From the NCBI RefSeq assembly GCF_003334255.1, contig NZ_QOWU01000225.1: a stretch of 526 nt of DNA. One strand, given 5' to 3'. The position numbers and the translations under genes were made by a program. The notes beneath the pieces were generated by a model. The model saw only the letters and a list, made by a program, of their open reading frames with translations, was not told the origin of the DNA and ran no database searches. The stretch comes from Escherichia coli (GTDB lineage: Bacteria; Pseudomonadota; Gammaproteobacteria; Enterobacterales; Enterobacteriaceae). Shown here piece by piece: positions 1-526 of this stretch. The first letter of the stretch is position 1; every line of letters begins with the position of its first letter.

Positions 1-2
1 CC

Positions 3-37
3 GTAGGCCGGATAAGGCGTTCACGCCGCATCCGGCA
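3..37 (-). repeat. REP palindromic unit, Y-type (canonical orientation on minus strand), loop variant TC (plus-strand reading)
   Basis: Reverse complement of 3-37 is tgccggatgcggcgtgaacgccttatccggcctac, matching the E. coli Y-type REP consensus. Stem GCCGGAT (7-13) pairs with ATCCGGC (30-36); inner stem GGCGT (16-20) pairs with ACGCC (23-27). GTAG at 3-6. Confidence 0.85.
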
Positions 38-49
38 GTCGTGCGCAGA

Positions 50-86
50 TGCCTGATGCGACGCTAACGCGTCTTATCAGGCCTAC
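50..86 (+). repeat. REP palindromic unit, Z-type (probably Z2), plus orientation
   Basis: tgcctgatgcgacgctaacgcgtcttatcaggcctac. Stem GCCTGAT (51-57) pairs with ATCAGGC (76-82); inner stem GACGC (60-64) pairs with GCGTC (69-73); loop taac; 3' tail CTAC at 83-86. The T at stem position 4 (GCCTGAT vs GCCGGAT) is as I recall for Z-type units. Confidence 0.8.
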
Positions 87-103
87 AAATTCCCGCGCCA
101 TCC

Positions 104-138
<35 letters not shown>

Positions 139-150
139 GTCGTGCGCAGA

Positions 151-187
151 TGCCTGATGCGACGCTAACGCGTCTTATCAGGCCTAC
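151..187 (+). repeat. REP palindromic unit, Z-type, plus orientation
   Basis: Identical to 50-86. Confidence 0.8.
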
Positions 188-204
188 AAATTCTCGCGCC
201 ACCC

Positions 205-239
205 GTAGGCCGGATAAGGCGTTCACGCCGCATCCGGCA
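205..239 (-). repeat. REP palindromic unit, Y-type, loop variant TC (unit A)
   Basis: Identical to 3-37. Confidence 0.85.
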
Positions 240-251
240 GTCGTGCGCAGA

Positions 252-288
252 TGCCTGATGCGACGCTAACGCGTCTTATCAGGCCTAC
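252..288 (+). repeat. REP palindromic unit, Z-type, plus orientation
   Basis: Identical to 50-86. Confidence 0.8.
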
Positions 289-305
289 AAATTCCCGCGC
301 CATCC

Positions 306-340
<35 letters not shown>

Positions 341-352
341 GTCGTGCGCAGA

Positions 353-389
353 TGCCTGATGCGACGCTAACGCGTCTTATCAGGCCTAC
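353..389 (+). repeat. REP palindromic unit, Z-type, plus orientation
   Basis: Identical to 50-86. Confidence 0.8.
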
Positions 390-406
390 AAATTCTCGCG
401 CCACCC

Positions 407-441
407 GTAGGCCGGATAAGGCGTTCACGCCGCATCCGGCA
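407..441 (-). repeat. REP palindromic unit, Y-type, loop variant TC (unit A)
   Basis: Identical to 3-37. Confidence 0.85.
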
Positions 442-453
442 GTCGTGCGCAGA

Positions 454-490
454 TGCCTGATGCGACGCTAACGCGTCTTATCAGGCCTAC
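454..490 (+). repeat. REP palindromic unit, Z-type, plus orientation
   Basis: Identical to 50-86. Confidence 0.8.
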
Positions 491-507
491 AAATTCCCGC
501 GCCATCC

Positions 508-526
508 GTAGGCCGGATAAGGCGTT
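508..526 (-). repeat. REP palindromic unit, Y-type, partial (truncated by window end)
   Basis: gtaggccggataaggcgtt matches the first 19 nt (plus-strand reading) of the Y-type units at 3-37 and 104-138; the window ends before the loop. Confidence 0.7.

Larger units (their letters stand above)
405..526. repeat. Higher-order repeat copy 3 (complete unit A 405-505 plus first 21 bp of next unit), truncated by window end
   Basis: 405-505 is identical to 1-101. 506-526 (ccgtaggccggataaggcgtt) matches the start of a unit; the A/B diagnostic position would be 527, outside the window. Confidence 0.8.

Noticed and set aside
70-95. IHF binding site as in BIME-1 L motifs (ttatcaggcctacaaattc)
   Set aside because: Only a weak resemblance to the IHF consensus WATCAANNNNTTR (ATCAG rather than ATCAA, poor spacing). 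The head-to-head linker is short (~13 bp), consistent with an S motif rather than the longer IHF-binding L motif.
50-100. Rho-independent terminator at the GC-rich hairpins
   Set aside because: The hairpins are not followed by a U-tract on either strand (plus: ggcctacaaattccc; minus after the Y hairpin: ctacggatggcgcgggaattt). REP elements may attenuate transcription or stabilise mRNA, but this is not a canonical intrinsic terminator.

Overview
The whole 526-bp window is one tandem array of enterobacterial (E. coli-type) REP / palindromic-unit repeats organised as a BIME (bacterial interspersed mosaic element), most consistent with the BIME-2 architecture. The basic unit is 101 bp: one Y-type REP hairpin in inverted orientation, a ~13-bp head-to-head linker, one Z-type REP hairpin in direct orientation, and a ~17-bp tail-to-tail linker. 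There are 5 complete units plus a 21-bp partial sixth, and the array probably continues beyond both window edges. The units come in two versions (A and B) that differ by three transitions and alternate strictly A-B-A-B-A, so the true period is a perfectly repeated 202-bp dimer. There is no credible protein-coding region, because every 101-bp unit carries stop codons in all six frames. I see no tRNA, rRNA, CRISPR array or canonical intrinsic terminator. I do not see evidence for a novel biological system: this is a well-characterised intergenic repeat family. The points worth a second look are the perfect higher-order periodicity and the large copy number, which could reflect recent amplification or an assembly artefact. 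All calls rest on reading the sequence directly and on recalled REP/BIME consensus sequences; no database search was run.
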